This document shows, one piece after another, positions 1 to 10,097 of a DNA stretch of 20,946 nt. How positions within the stretch are numbered: position 1 is the stretch's first letter; each line of letters opens with the position of its first letter. This stretch comes from Octopus sinensis (Eukaryota): assembly GCF_006345805.1 (NCBI RefSeq), contig NW_021823796.1, positions 1-20,946 of the forward strand. Direction: 5' to 3'. The position numbers and the translations under genes were made by a program. Under the pieces are notes generated by a model. It was given only the letters and a program-made list of their open reading frames with translations, ran no database searches and was not told where the DNA came from.

Positions 1-58
1 ATATATATATATATATATATATAATATATGAATGTAATTTGACTCTACTCATCTACAG

Positions 59-228
59 ACATAGATTTTGGTGTGGAGAAATGCATAGAGATTATCTGTG
101 AGATTGAAGTAGAGTTCCGTGAAGTCAACACGAAGGAACTGGACCTCCTCCATAAACTAAGCAATGGCAGCAACTGTGTAAACAACCATGACCTTAGTAG
201 AATCAAAATGTATCACTCAGTCCAGTAG
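59..228 (+). CDS. Candidate coding exon, possibly terminal, of an unidentified gene
   Basis: Acceptor-like TTTGACTCTACTCATCTACAG ends at 58. It is followed by the only frame that stays open: (D)IDFGVEKCIEIICEIEVEFREVNTKELDLLHKLSNGSNCVNNHDLSRIKMYHSVQ, stop TAG at 226-228. Non-repetitive, protein-like composition, followed by ~430 bp of unique UTR-like sequence. Product not recognised. Confidence 0.4.
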
Positions 229-716
229 ATGACGACCTGGGCTGTCGATGCTGTGTTAACCCTTTCTTTTTTTCTTTTTTCCTTTTAGTCAAGAGTTTAT
301 TTTCAGGTTAAGCTGCAAAATATATCTCTCAAGAATATTTGAATTCCCTGTATTTCTTACAACCTGGTCTTAATATGCTTCTCAGCAAATATAAGGTGGA
401 GGCAATACCAATTCGAAATGAAACACACAGTAAATACAAATCGGAAGAAGACAATGACGTTAAAAGTTTTATCTTATGTCTTCATAATTCGGGGTTATAA
501 CCTCTTCTTCAGCACAAGCACTGAGAGGGGCTCATAATGGCGAAATATCGAACAATTGCATAAAACACCAAATGCTGTTCGGTTTTTTGCGTATTTTATT
601 TTGTATGCCATCTCCCGTTGTTTTCTTGTTATCTTACAAGTTTATCCTATATGATATCACACAATTCTTCAACCTAAATATTTACCTTTAATACACACAC
701 ACGCATAAATACACAC

Positions 717-764
<48 letters not shown>

Positions 765-1103
765 TTATGTATAATATTTTTCTCCAATATTGTACTGCAT
801 TAAACTGTGAGCTCTCGTTAACATATTGCACAAGATGGATTTCTTTATTCATACATAAGTCGAAATACCTAACACACATGTTGCTTCCTGCATAGCTCCC
901 CTGGAAATTTGCTGCGAATACATATTTTTGGAGCCTCCATATATATATATATATATATATACATAGGTGAGGTGAGTGCGCTCCTAAATGGCATATGTGT
1001 GTGTGTTAGTGTTATTCTTTCTCAAACGAAAGCTACTGAATACTTATAGAAGAACTGACATATCTTTTTTTTTTTATTCTTAAAACTTGACATTGTCTTC
1101 CAG

Positions 1104-1174
1104 TCATTGCTTCATTGATATTCAATGGAATAAATGCCTGGTCGGCGCTAAAGCTTAGCGCCATTACTACGGTT
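1104..1174 (+). CDS. Weak candidate internal exon (hydrophobic peptide)
   Basis: T-tract plus CTTGAC..TGTCTTCCAG acceptor; possible donor GTT|GTACGT. Reads IASLIFNGINAWSALKLSAITTV. The opposite strand is also open, so the strand is uncertain. Confidence 0.2.
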
Positions 1175-1514
1175 GTACGTTGAGCATAACACATGACTGT
1201 GTGTGGATGTGTGTGTGTGTGTGTGTGCGTGAGTGTGTGAGAGCACATGGGTGAATATGTGTGTAAATATATATGTATATATATATGTATGGAAGTCCCT
1301 TTCTCTCTTTCGGTGTGTATATATATATATATAATATATATAGTTATATACTATATATATGTTTATATATGAAATTATACATGTAAATATGTATATATAT
1401 ACGTATATACATGAAACATATAGTTATGAGTGCATATATATTATGCATATATGCACATTTATACTGGCATTAAATATATATGTAGCCTTAAAAAATTAAG
1501 TACACATGTCTGTA

Positions 1515-1554
<40 letters not shown>

Positions 1555-1562
1555 TGTATATA

Positions 1563-1593
<31 letters not shown>

Positions 1594-2076
1594 GCTTATA
1601 TATGATATATACACTGTTGCACAGATTATGTGCGTGTGTGCGTCTACAACATTATATATCCATATTTCTTTTTGGCCCCTTCTGTAAGAAAAGCATTGCG
1701 AGAAGTTAGTGGATGGGAAGAGGTGATCCACAATAACAATTGCAAGATGGAGAGACACATCGAGAGAGAGGGAGTGAGAGAGAGAGAGAGACAAATAGAG
1801 AGATGGAGATGAAATTGAGAAAGAGTGGTAAAGATACACCTAGAGAGTGAGGCAGTGAGAGGGACAGTGTGATAGTGACACAGATATATATATAGAGAGA
1901 GGTTCTGATAGAGAGATGAAGAGGGCGAGAGACAGGAAGACGGAAACAAAAATAGAGACACAGACATTTTGAGAGAGGAGAGAGAGAGTCTGAGAGAGGA
2001 GAGAGCTCATTGTAATGATACGAAGACAATGGCAGGAAGAGAGATGAAAGGAATAAGAATTAACTCAGCTTTGTAG

Positions 2077-2216
2077 ACTCTGAGACGACATTTCAAAATG
2101 AAGTACGAAGAATCGAGCAGAAAATTATCATTCTTCTGGTTTTTGTTATGTTCTTCATATTGAATATGGAATTTCAAAATATATGGAACAATAATGCACA
2201 CACTTCACATTCACGA
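2077..2216 (+). CDS. Weak candidate exon with a TM-like segment
   Basis: TTAACTCAGCTTTGTAG acceptor, then the open frame (D)SETTFQNEVRRIEQKIIILLVFVMFFILNMEFQNIWNNNAHTSHSR. The donor CGA|GTATAT is weak. Confidence 0.22.
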
Positions 2217-2284
2217 GTATATATACACGCGTACACATAGATACGTGTACGCTTCTGAATGCTCACACTCATATACACACAGAC

Positions 2285-2438
2285 ATATATATACATATAC
2301 ACACCATATATATATATAATATACTTATATATAATATGTATTATATAGATATATATATATATACGTATATATACTCACACATATATATATATATATATAT
2401 ACACCTATAAACACACCATATATATATATATACACACA

Positions 2439-2512
<74 letters not shown>

Positions 2513-2740
2513 CATATATACTCACCATATATATATATGTATATATATATAATATATATATATTATATAGTATATATATGTATATATATATATATATATA
2601 TATAGATATATATATTATATATATATATACGTATATATACATACATACATATATATATAATTTATATATATATATCGAACAGACACACACATATAGATAG
2701 ATATACATACATATAGACACATATATATATATATATATGC
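2285..2740. repeat. Compound (AT)n-rich microsatellite tract
   Basis: Long interrupted AT dinucleotide runs with CA and AG interruptions. Confidence 0.95.
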
Positions 2741-2904
2741 ATACAAAGACGTGTGTATGCTTCTGTGTGAGTATTTAATTGTGCTGAGTGTGTGTTTATA
2801 CAGTTATACATATATGTGTGATGTATAAACATGATGAACATGTGGTAGTAAGTATTTACGCATTTGGATTGGGAATACGTCATAGATACACGCACACACA
2901 AACA

Positions 2905-4202
2905 CACACACATATATACATATACATACATATACACATACATATACATACATATATACATACATATACATACATATATATACATATACATACATATATA
3001 TATACATACATATACATACATATATACATACATATACATACATATATACATACATATACATACATATATACATACATATACATACATATATACATACATA
3101 TGCATACATATATACATACATATGCATACATATATACATACATATACATACATATACATACATATATACATACATATATATATATACATACATATACATA
3201 CATATATACATAAATATACATACATATATACATACATATACATACATATATACATACATATACATACATATATACATACATATACATACATATATACATA
3301 CATATACATACATATATACATACATATGCATACATATATACATACATATACATACATATATACATACATATACATACATATATACATACATATACATACA
3401 TATATACATACATATACATACATATATACATACATATGCATACATATATACATACATATACATACATATGCATACATATATACATACATATACATACATA
3501 TATACATACATATACATACATATATACATACATATGCATACATATATACATACATATACATACATATATACATACATATACATACATATATACATACATA
3601 TACATACATATATACATACATATACATACATATATACATACATATATATACATATATACATACATATGCATACATATATACATACATATACATACATATA
3701 TACATACATATACATACATATATACATACATATACATACATATATACATACATATACATACATATATACATACATATGCATACATATATACATACATATA
3801 CATACATATGCTACATATATACATACATTACATCAATATATACATACATATACATACATATATACATACATATACATACATACATATACATACATACATA
3901 TATATACGTACATATATATACGTACATATATACATACATATACATACATATATACATACATATACATACATATATACATACATATACATACATATATACA
4001 TACATATACATACATATATACATACATATACATACATATATACATACATATACATACATATATACATACATATACATACATATATACATACATATACATA
4101 CATATATACATACATATACATACATATATACATACATATGCATACATATATACATACATATACATACATATATACATACATATGCATACATATATACATA
4201 CA
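2905..4202. repeat. 22-bp-period minisatellite built from alternating 10-bp and 12-bp ATAC/AT subunits
   Basis: TACATACATA plus TATACATACATA repeated over ~1.3 kb. The ORF track shows a 22-aa (66-nt, 3-unit) periodicity. A recurrent CATATGCATAC variant is present. Confidence 0.95.
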
Positions 4203-4469
4203 CAATGTAACGGATGCATGTGCACATATCTATGCATATGTGTATATATGTATATATATATATATATGTATGTATTATATATATATTTATGTGTAGATAT
4301 ATAAGTGCACACACACACACTCACACACAAACACTCATAGGCACATACACACACACATACACACAAACATATACATATATTACCTATATACATACATATA
4401 TATATATATAAAGATATATATATTCCGTACTCTTACTGTATATCTCGCTGAATGATTTAAAACAAGTTG

Positions 4470-4536
4470 TTTCTCTCCCTTTCTCTCTCTCTCTCCCTTT
4501 CTCTCTCTCTCTCCCTTTCTCTCTCTCTCTCTCTTC

Positions 4537-4578
<42 letters not shown>
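4470..4578. repeat. (CT)n microsatellite
   Basis: Interrupted CT dinucleotide run. Confidence 0.97.
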
Positions 4579-4597
4579 TGATATCAACTATGTTCAG

Positions 4598-4666
4598 AGT
4601 GAAGGATAGTAGTGGATATGCATATGCATGTATGCGCACAGAAAAGTGTGCCAATTTGATAACAAA
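4598..4666 (+). CDS. Candidate 69-bp internal exon (phase 2-2)
   Basis: A (CT)n tract then TGTTCAG acceptor, and a consensus donor AAA|GTAAGT. The single open frame is VKDSSGYAYACMRTEKCANLIT. Loose resemblance to an RRM RNP1 plus helix, not confirmed. Confidence 0.4.
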
Positions 4667-5189
4667 GTAAGTTAAATGTTATTAGATGACGTACGCAACA
4701 CATTCTTAATCATGTGAAAGTTGTACTTTTCTTAGAGAAAACTAACAAAACCATATAAGCAATTATTAGTCTTTCAAAACAAAAGGGAGATAATTTGGTG
4801 AAATATTGAATGAATTTAAACACATACCTGCAAGCACGTTTCGGTCATATTTGACTTCATTTGCTTAGCATTGTCTATATAGTCAAAAGATTACAAGTTA
4901 ATTATTTATTTCTTAGCTGAAGAAAGGTGCGTGTGCCAATGGTTAGAATGTTGCACATATGTGTATATGGTTATGATCTCGATACGTGGACCCGTTTTGT
5001 ACGCTATGACAGACCGACATCTTGTTCACTGTAGGATATTATTGTAAACTCAGTTCCTTACAGGCTATGGAAATTGCGCTCCACAGTGATCTAACTTTAA
5101 GCAAAGCCAAGAAAGAAAAATTAAGTTTCTACTAATTATCTTTTATTCTTTTATCTTTTATTTGTTCCATGTTAGGGATAAGATTACCA

Positions 5190-5280
5190 GTAGTTTTTTA
5201 GCACGTGAACGTGGCGTTTGACCTGCCGCGTCCGAGGAAGTCCGTTTCCCTTCAATTTGTGCGCTCTCGTTCGGGGTTTT
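5190..5280. promoter_or_regulatory. Short CpG-rich promoter-like patch
   Basis: Local GC/CpG spike in AT-rich DNA, with an E-box CACGTG (5202-5207) and an ETS-like GAGGAAGT. Not a recognised repeat. Confidence 0.25.
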
Positions 5281-5349
5281 GCCAACAAAAAATTTTGTCC
5301 TTTTTATTTTGCTTCTTATGATATTGGTTTAAAATTTTGGCATATAAAG

Positions 5350-5531
5350 ACAGCAATTTTGGGAAAGGGCGTACGTGGATTACGTAGACACCAGTACACT
5401 ATTTTATCGACCCTTAAGGATAAAAAGCAAAGTCGATCCCGGCGGAATTCGACATCAGAATGTAAAAACGGGCAAAATGCCGCCAAGCACTTTTCCCGGC
5501 ATGCTAAAGCTTTTGCCATCGCACTGCCGCT
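5350..5531 (-). mobile_element. tRNA-derived SINE family 1, diverged copy
   Basis: The reverse complement aligns by eye to the 5605 copy (TTAGCA.GCCGGG, ATTCCGCCG..TCGACTTTGC, GGGTCGATAAA). Confidence 0.85.
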
Positions 5532-5604
5532 TCCGAGAAAAGCACGTTTCGAGTTCTTCTCTTCTTCGATGCAATCTACTGGGTTATATTTTATAGTCTA
5601 GTTA

Positions 5605-5836
5605 GGTGGCGAGCTGGTAGAAACGCTAGCACGCCGGGCGAAATGCTTAGCAGTATTTGATCTGTCTTTACATTCTGAGTTCAAATTCCGCCGAGGTCGA
5701 CTTTGCACTTCATCCTTTCGGGGTCTATAAATTAAGTACCAGTTACGCACTGGGGTTGATGTAATCGACTTAATCCCTTTCTCTGTCCTTGTTTTCCCCT
5801 CTACGTTTAGCTCCTTGTGGGCAATAAAGAAGTAAG
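5605..5836 (+). mobile_element. tRNA-derived SINE family 1, near full length (tail alpha)
   Basis: Head GGTGGCGAGCTGGTAGAAACGCTAG (A-box-like), B box GAGTTCAAATTCC, body GTCGACTTTGC..CATCCTTTCGGGG..AATTAAGTACCAG, and A-rich end GCAATAAAGAAGTAAG. Confidence 0.92.
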
Positions 5837-5845
5837 AAAGGTTAT

Positions 5846-6007
5846 CACGCCGGGCGAAATGCTTAGCAGTATTTCGTCTGTCTTTACGTTCTGAGTTCAA
5901 ATTCTGCTGAGGTCGACTTTGCGTTTCATCCATATGGGTCAATAAATTAAGTAGGAGTTGCGTACTGGGGTCGACCTAATCGACTTAAACCCCTCCCAGA
6001 AATTTCG
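5846..6007 (+). mobile_element. SINE family 1, 5'-truncated (tail beta)
   Basis: Starts at CACGCCGGGCGAAATGCTTAGC, contains the B box GAGTTCAAATTC, and ends CCCCTCCCAGAAATTTC. Confidence 0.9.
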
Positions 6008-6009
6008 CA

Positions 6010-6400
6010 CTCACACACACTCTCTCTCTCTCTCACGCGCTCAGACTTTCTCACACACAGTCACACACATCGTTGTAAGCACAAACTCACACACAACCAC
6101 ATACAAAATTACTCCTATACAAGGAAACGTAGGCACATACACACACATATACATAACTATACCAACGATTATGCACACACATATACCAATGGATACAAGC
6201 ACACCCACTGACAATCACAAACACACGTACACACCAACTCACGCACACACAATATACGAACACTCGCATACATCGACGCACACTGGTATTCACTTAGACT
6301 GCACACACACACACACACACTCACACGCACATGCGCACACACACACACTGTTACACACATACACACGCACACACACACACATAAGGGATACACACCGATG
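6010..6400. repeat. Degenerate (CA)n-rich tract
   Basis: CA-dominated low-complexity sequence. Confidence 0.85.
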
Positions 6401-6628
6401 CAAACAATTCTTTATAACAAGTGTGTGTGGGTGTGTAAAGCGCGTATGTGTGTGTACGCAACCGTGTGTGTATTTGTATGTGTGTACGTTCCCGTGTGTA
6501 TGTTATAGTGTGTGCTAGTCTATGTATATCTATATACATATGTGTGTGTATATATACCTATATATATATATGCGTCGTATGTGTGTGTATGCGTGTATAG
6601 GTAGGCGAGTGCGTGTACGTTTCTGTGT

Positions 6629-7130
6629 GTGTACGTGAGTGTATTTATGTTAGTGTGTACGCGGGTGTATTTATGCGAGTGTGTATGTATGTGTGTGTGT
6701 GTATGTGCGTGTATTTATGTTAGTGTGTACGCGAGTGTATTTATGCGAGTGTGTATGTATGTGTGTGTGTGCGTATATGCGTGTATTTATGTTAGTGTGT
6801 ACGCGGGTGTATTTATGCGAGTATGTATGTATGTGTGTGTGTGTGTACGTGAGTGTATTCATGTTAGTGTGTACGCGGGTGTATTTATGCGAGTGTGTAT
6901 GTATGTGTGTGTGTGTGTGTATGTGCGTGTATTTATGTTAGTGTGTACGCGAGTGTATTTATGCGAGTGTGTATGTATGTGTGTGTGTGTGTACGTGAGT
7001 GTATTCATGTTAGTGTGTACGCGGGTGTATTTATGCGAGTGTGTATGTATGTATGTGTGTGTGTGCGTATGTGCGTGTATTTATGTTAGTGTGTACGCGG
7101 GTGTATTTATGCGAATGTGTACGTATGTGT
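6629..7130. repeat. ~72-bp minisatellite, 7 copies
   Basis: Core GTGTATTTATGTTAGTGTGTACGCGGGTGTATTTATGCGAGTGTGTATGTAT(GT)n. The TAG anchor occurs at 6651, 6721, 6793, 6865, 6939, 7011 and 7087. Confidence 0.95.
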
Positions 7131-7647
7131 GTGTGTGTGTGTGTGTGGTGTGTGTGTGTGCGTGTGCGTGTTCGGGAATTCGATGTGAATGTAATGAGGG
7201 AATTAATTAATGATAAAAAAAAAAACAGAAAAGAAAGAAAAATAAATGATTTAAGTAGAGAGGTGAATTGGTGCAGAGGACTTTGATATGGTTACCGAGG
7301 GATATAACATGAAGCTGGGTCATAGAACTGCGTAACGGGGTGGGGGTGGGGTGGGTGTTGATTATTTTGTTATACCGACGACTTTCAATAAGTTTATGGA
7401 AATTTGGCGGCAAATGAGAAGACACGAAACGGAGAATTATAATAACAAAAACAACTACAACAAGCAACGAAGAAGACAACAATAAGAGTGACATGATCAA
7501 CAACCACAACATCAACAACAATAACCCTTTCACAATGCCTCAGCTTTTCATGTATTCGCTTTTATTTCTCTCGGTCGTTACTTTATTTTGTTCGTTTAAT
7601 GTTTCTTCTTTTGTCCGTAAGGGTTTTTTTGACTTAAATCAATTTAT

Positions 7648-7836
7648 ATTCTTTTCTGTTCTAGATACAAGGCCTGAAATATTTGGGGAGGGGTTCCAGT
7701 CGATTACATCGACTCCAGTTTTCAACTGGTACTTAATTTATCGACCCACGAAAGGATGAAACGCAAAGTCGACCTCTGTGGAATTTGAACTCAAAACGTA
7801 AAGACAGACGAAATGCCGCTAAGCATTTCGCCCAGC
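7648..7836 (-). mobile_element. SINE family 1 (tail beta)
   Basis: TTCTTTTCTGTTCTAGATACAAGGCCTGAAAT ... GGAATTTGAACTC (reverse B box) ... GCTAAGCATTTCGCCCAGC. Confidence 0.9.
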
Positions 7837-7845
7837 TTTATATAT

Positions 7846-8010
7846 TCTTTTCTACTCTAGGCACAAGGCTGAAATTTTGGCGGAGCGGGTCCATTCGATT
7901 AGATCGACCCCAGTACTCAATTGGTACTTAATTTATAAACCCTAAAAGGATGAAAGGCAAAGTCGACTTCGATGGAATTTGAACTCAGAACGTAAAAACG
8001 TACGAAATAT
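7846..8010 (-). mobile_element. SINE family 1 (tail beta), head-truncated
   Basis: TTCTTTTCTACTCTAGGCACAAGGCTGAAATTTT ... GGAATTTGAACTCAGAACGTAAA. Confidence 0.9.
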
Positions 8011-8242
8011 CTATTTCATTACTGCCTACAAGGGGCTACACACAGAGGAGACAAACAAGGACAGACGAGCGGATTGGGTCGATTACATCGACCCCAGTGC
8101 GTACCTGGTACTTATTTAATCGACCCTGAAAGGATGAAAAGCAAAGTCGACCTCGGTGGAATTTGAACTCAGAAGGTAAAGATAGATGAAATACTGCTAA
8201 GCATTTCGCCCAGCGTGCTAACGTTTCTGCCAGCTTGCCGCC
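8011..8242 (-). mobile_element. SINE family 1, full length (tail alpha)
   Basis: Reverse complement of the 5605 element, from CTATTTCATTACTGCCTACAAGGGGCT to GCTAACGTTTCTGCCAGCTTGCCGCC. Confidence 0.93.
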
Positions 8243-8256
8243 TTGCCCGCTTTACA

Positions 8257-8391
8257 TATTCTTTTCTACTCTAGGCACAAGGCTGAAATTTTGACTGAGG
8301 GGGTCCATTCGATTAGATCGACCCCGAAAAGATGAAAGGCAAAGTCGAGCTTGGCGGAATTTGAACTCAGAACGTAAAAACGTACGAAATA
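8257..8391 (-). mobile_element. SINE family 1 (tail beta), internally deleted duplicate of 7846-8010
   Basis: Same tail and same truncation junction as 7846-8010, but lacking the CAGTACTCAATTGGTACTTAATTTATAAACCC segment. Confidence 0.88.
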
Positions 8392-8392
8392 T

Positions 8393-8590
8393 CTATTTCA
8401 TTACTGCCTACAAGGGGCTACACACAGAGGAGACAAACAAGGACAGACGAGCGGATTGGGTCGATTACATCGACCCCAGTGCGTAACTGGTACTTATTTA
8501 ATCGATCGCGAAAGAATGAAAGGCAAAGTCGACCTCGGTGGAATTTGAACTCAGAACGTAAAAACGTACGAAATACCGCCAAGCATTTTG
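8393..8590 (-). mobile_element. SINE family 1 (tail alpha), duplicate of 8011-8242 with truncated head
   Basis: Near-identical to 8011 onward over about 90 bp, then continues to GGAATTTGAACTC and GCCAAGCATTT. Confidence 0.9.
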
Positions 8591-8607
8591 CAACAACAGC
8601 AGCAAGT

Positions 8608-8635
8608 GGAGGCGCAATGGCCCAGTGGTTAAGGC

Positions 8636-8636
<1 letters not shown>
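8608..8636 (+). mobile_element. tRNA-like SINE head fragment (A box only)
   Basis: GGAGGCGCAATGGCCCAGTGGTTAAGGCAG contains the A box TGGCCCAGTGG and is cut off by (GATA)n. Confidence 0.55.
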
Positions 8637-8712
<76 letters not shown>

Positions 8713-8717
8713 GATAG
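8636..8717. repeat. (GATA)n microsatellite
   Basis: Near-perfect tetranucleotide run. Confidence 0.98.
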
Positions 8718-8864
8718 AACACGGTTTCGTACAGCTGACATCTAGGGAATTTTACCCTTAAGGCTGTGATGGTCTATAGTACAAAGAACAAAGATGCCAC
8801 GTGGTGCCAATCAAACCGAGAATCACGAAGTAACGAACCGAAATTCTTTACCACATAACCATAC

Positions 8865-8972
8865 CTGCAGGAATAAGGAATGCCATTTATCGATGATACA
8901 AAACAAGAGGCAAATCGCAGAAATTTCATTAGTGAGTTGGTTGAAATGTAATATTCTAGGCATCCATACTCT
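8865..8972 (-). CDS. Candidate 108-bp internal exon
   Basis: Minus-strand acceptor GGATTTCAATTCAG and donor CAG|GTATGG; length divisible by 3. Two frames are open: EYGCLEYYISTNSLMKFLRFASCFVSSINGIPYSC and RVWMPRILHFNQLTNEISAICLLFCIIDKWHSLFLQ. Product not recognised. Confidence 0.4.
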
Positions 8973-9247
8973 CTGAATTGAAATCCATAAATACGTCAAA
9001 AGAATGTCAAATGATATTGGAATCGGTTTAAACATTTGACTCTGTTGGCAACCTGACCCAAAATGCCAAGTTTGGTAAATGCCAAATTGTGTATAATTAT
9101 ATTAAAGGAGGACAACCATCTACTAGACCCTCGACCCTTCGTTCGAATAGAGCATGGCTTGCTGTCTACAATTAGAATTCAGAAATTTGTGGAAGATATT
9201 TGGAAAGAGGAGGGGAAAGCGGTAGATGGAGAGACAGAGGGGTGGGT

Positions 9248-9396
9248 AGATAGATAGATAGAGATAGAGAGAGAGAGGGAGAGAGAGACAGAGAGAGAGA
9301 GAGAGACAGACAGATAGAGAGAGAGAGATAGTTAGATATCTACACACATACATACATACACAGAAAAATAGGTAAAGAGATAGATAGATATATAAT

Positions 9397-9468
<72 letters not shown>

Positions 9469-9600
9469 ATGATTGATTGATTGACTGATAGATAGATAGA
9501 TAGAGAGACAGAGAGAGAGAGAGAGAAAGATACATACATATGTACATACATATACACATACATGCATACATGCATGCATAGATAGACACAGTGATAGACA
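9248..9600. repeat. Compound (GATA)n/(GA)n/(CATA)n microsatellites
   Basis: Directly visible tandem runs. Confidence 0.95.
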
Positions 9601-9760
9601 GGAAGATAGATGGGTGGAGATTAAAAGAAAATTGGAGATAATCGAAGCAAAAGAGATACCGATACATTTGCGTCGAGGGTGTGGAGGATTTTTGTGTTTG
9701 TGTGTGCGTATAATACATAACCTTCTATCCTTCTGTATTTGAAGATATCTTTCTCGATAA

Positions 9761-10097
9761 CTACGCACACCCATGCGTATATACACGGATAGATATAGAT
9801 GTCGTTGTGGTGGTTGTGGTGGTGGTGGTGGCGATGGTGGTGGTGGTGGTGGTGGCGGTGTTTGTGGCAGAGTTGTCCGTATTCGTAGTCTTTGACTGTG
9901 AAGCTGTCGTCTGGGTTCTTCCAATTTTGCTTTGTGTCGGCGGCGGCGGAGTTGGCGTCCAATGCTCGCACCTGCACCTGTCTTGCTCCTCCCCTTCTTT
10001 CCCCTCCTTCATGAAGCTGTGGGGAAGGCAGGGTAAGGAAATCAACGTCGTAAAGCGTTGTCAAGGAGACCAGTGTTCTTTCCAACGACGACTTCAT
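9761..10097 (-). pseudogene. Copy 1 of a Thr-rich (mucin-like) ORF with a short tract and one +1 frameshift
   Basis: ATG at 10097 (GCCATG). Removing one base at 10052-10054 gives MKSSLERTLVSLTTLTTLISLPCLPHSFMKEGKEGEEQDRCRCEHWTPTPPPPTQSKIGRTQTTASQSKTTNTDNSATNTATTTTTTIATTTTTTTTTTS. Confidence 0.4.

Noticed and set aside
43-90. LYSSTDIDFGVEKC resembles the non-LTR RT motif (Y/F)S.DI.M.FG..KC
   Set aside because: The match is short, the downstream residues do not follow RT domains, and a stop lies just upstream. The spliced-exon reading is preferred but not proven.
262-400. Strong polypyrimidine tract and AG at 288 as an exon start
   Set aside because: All three frames stop within ~95 nt and there is no strong donor; more likely a T-rich UTR segment.
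869-900. 32-bp minus-strand micro-exon (GSYAGSNMCV)
   Set aside because: The donor is good but the polypyrimidine tract is poor, and it is too short to distinguish from chance.
2325-4411. Many long ORFs (up to 448 aa) of Y/I/H/T or M/Y/V/C
   Set aside because: They are translations of the AT/ATAC satellite, which lacks stop codons in most frames; there is no unique coding content.
5218-5942. ORFs of 127, 73 and 114 aa
   Set aside because: They mostly translate SINE family 1 sequence.
6629-7130. CRISPR-like regularly spaced repeats
   Set aside because: The spacers are themselves repeated (GT)n variants, the context is eukaryotic, and there are no cas genes.
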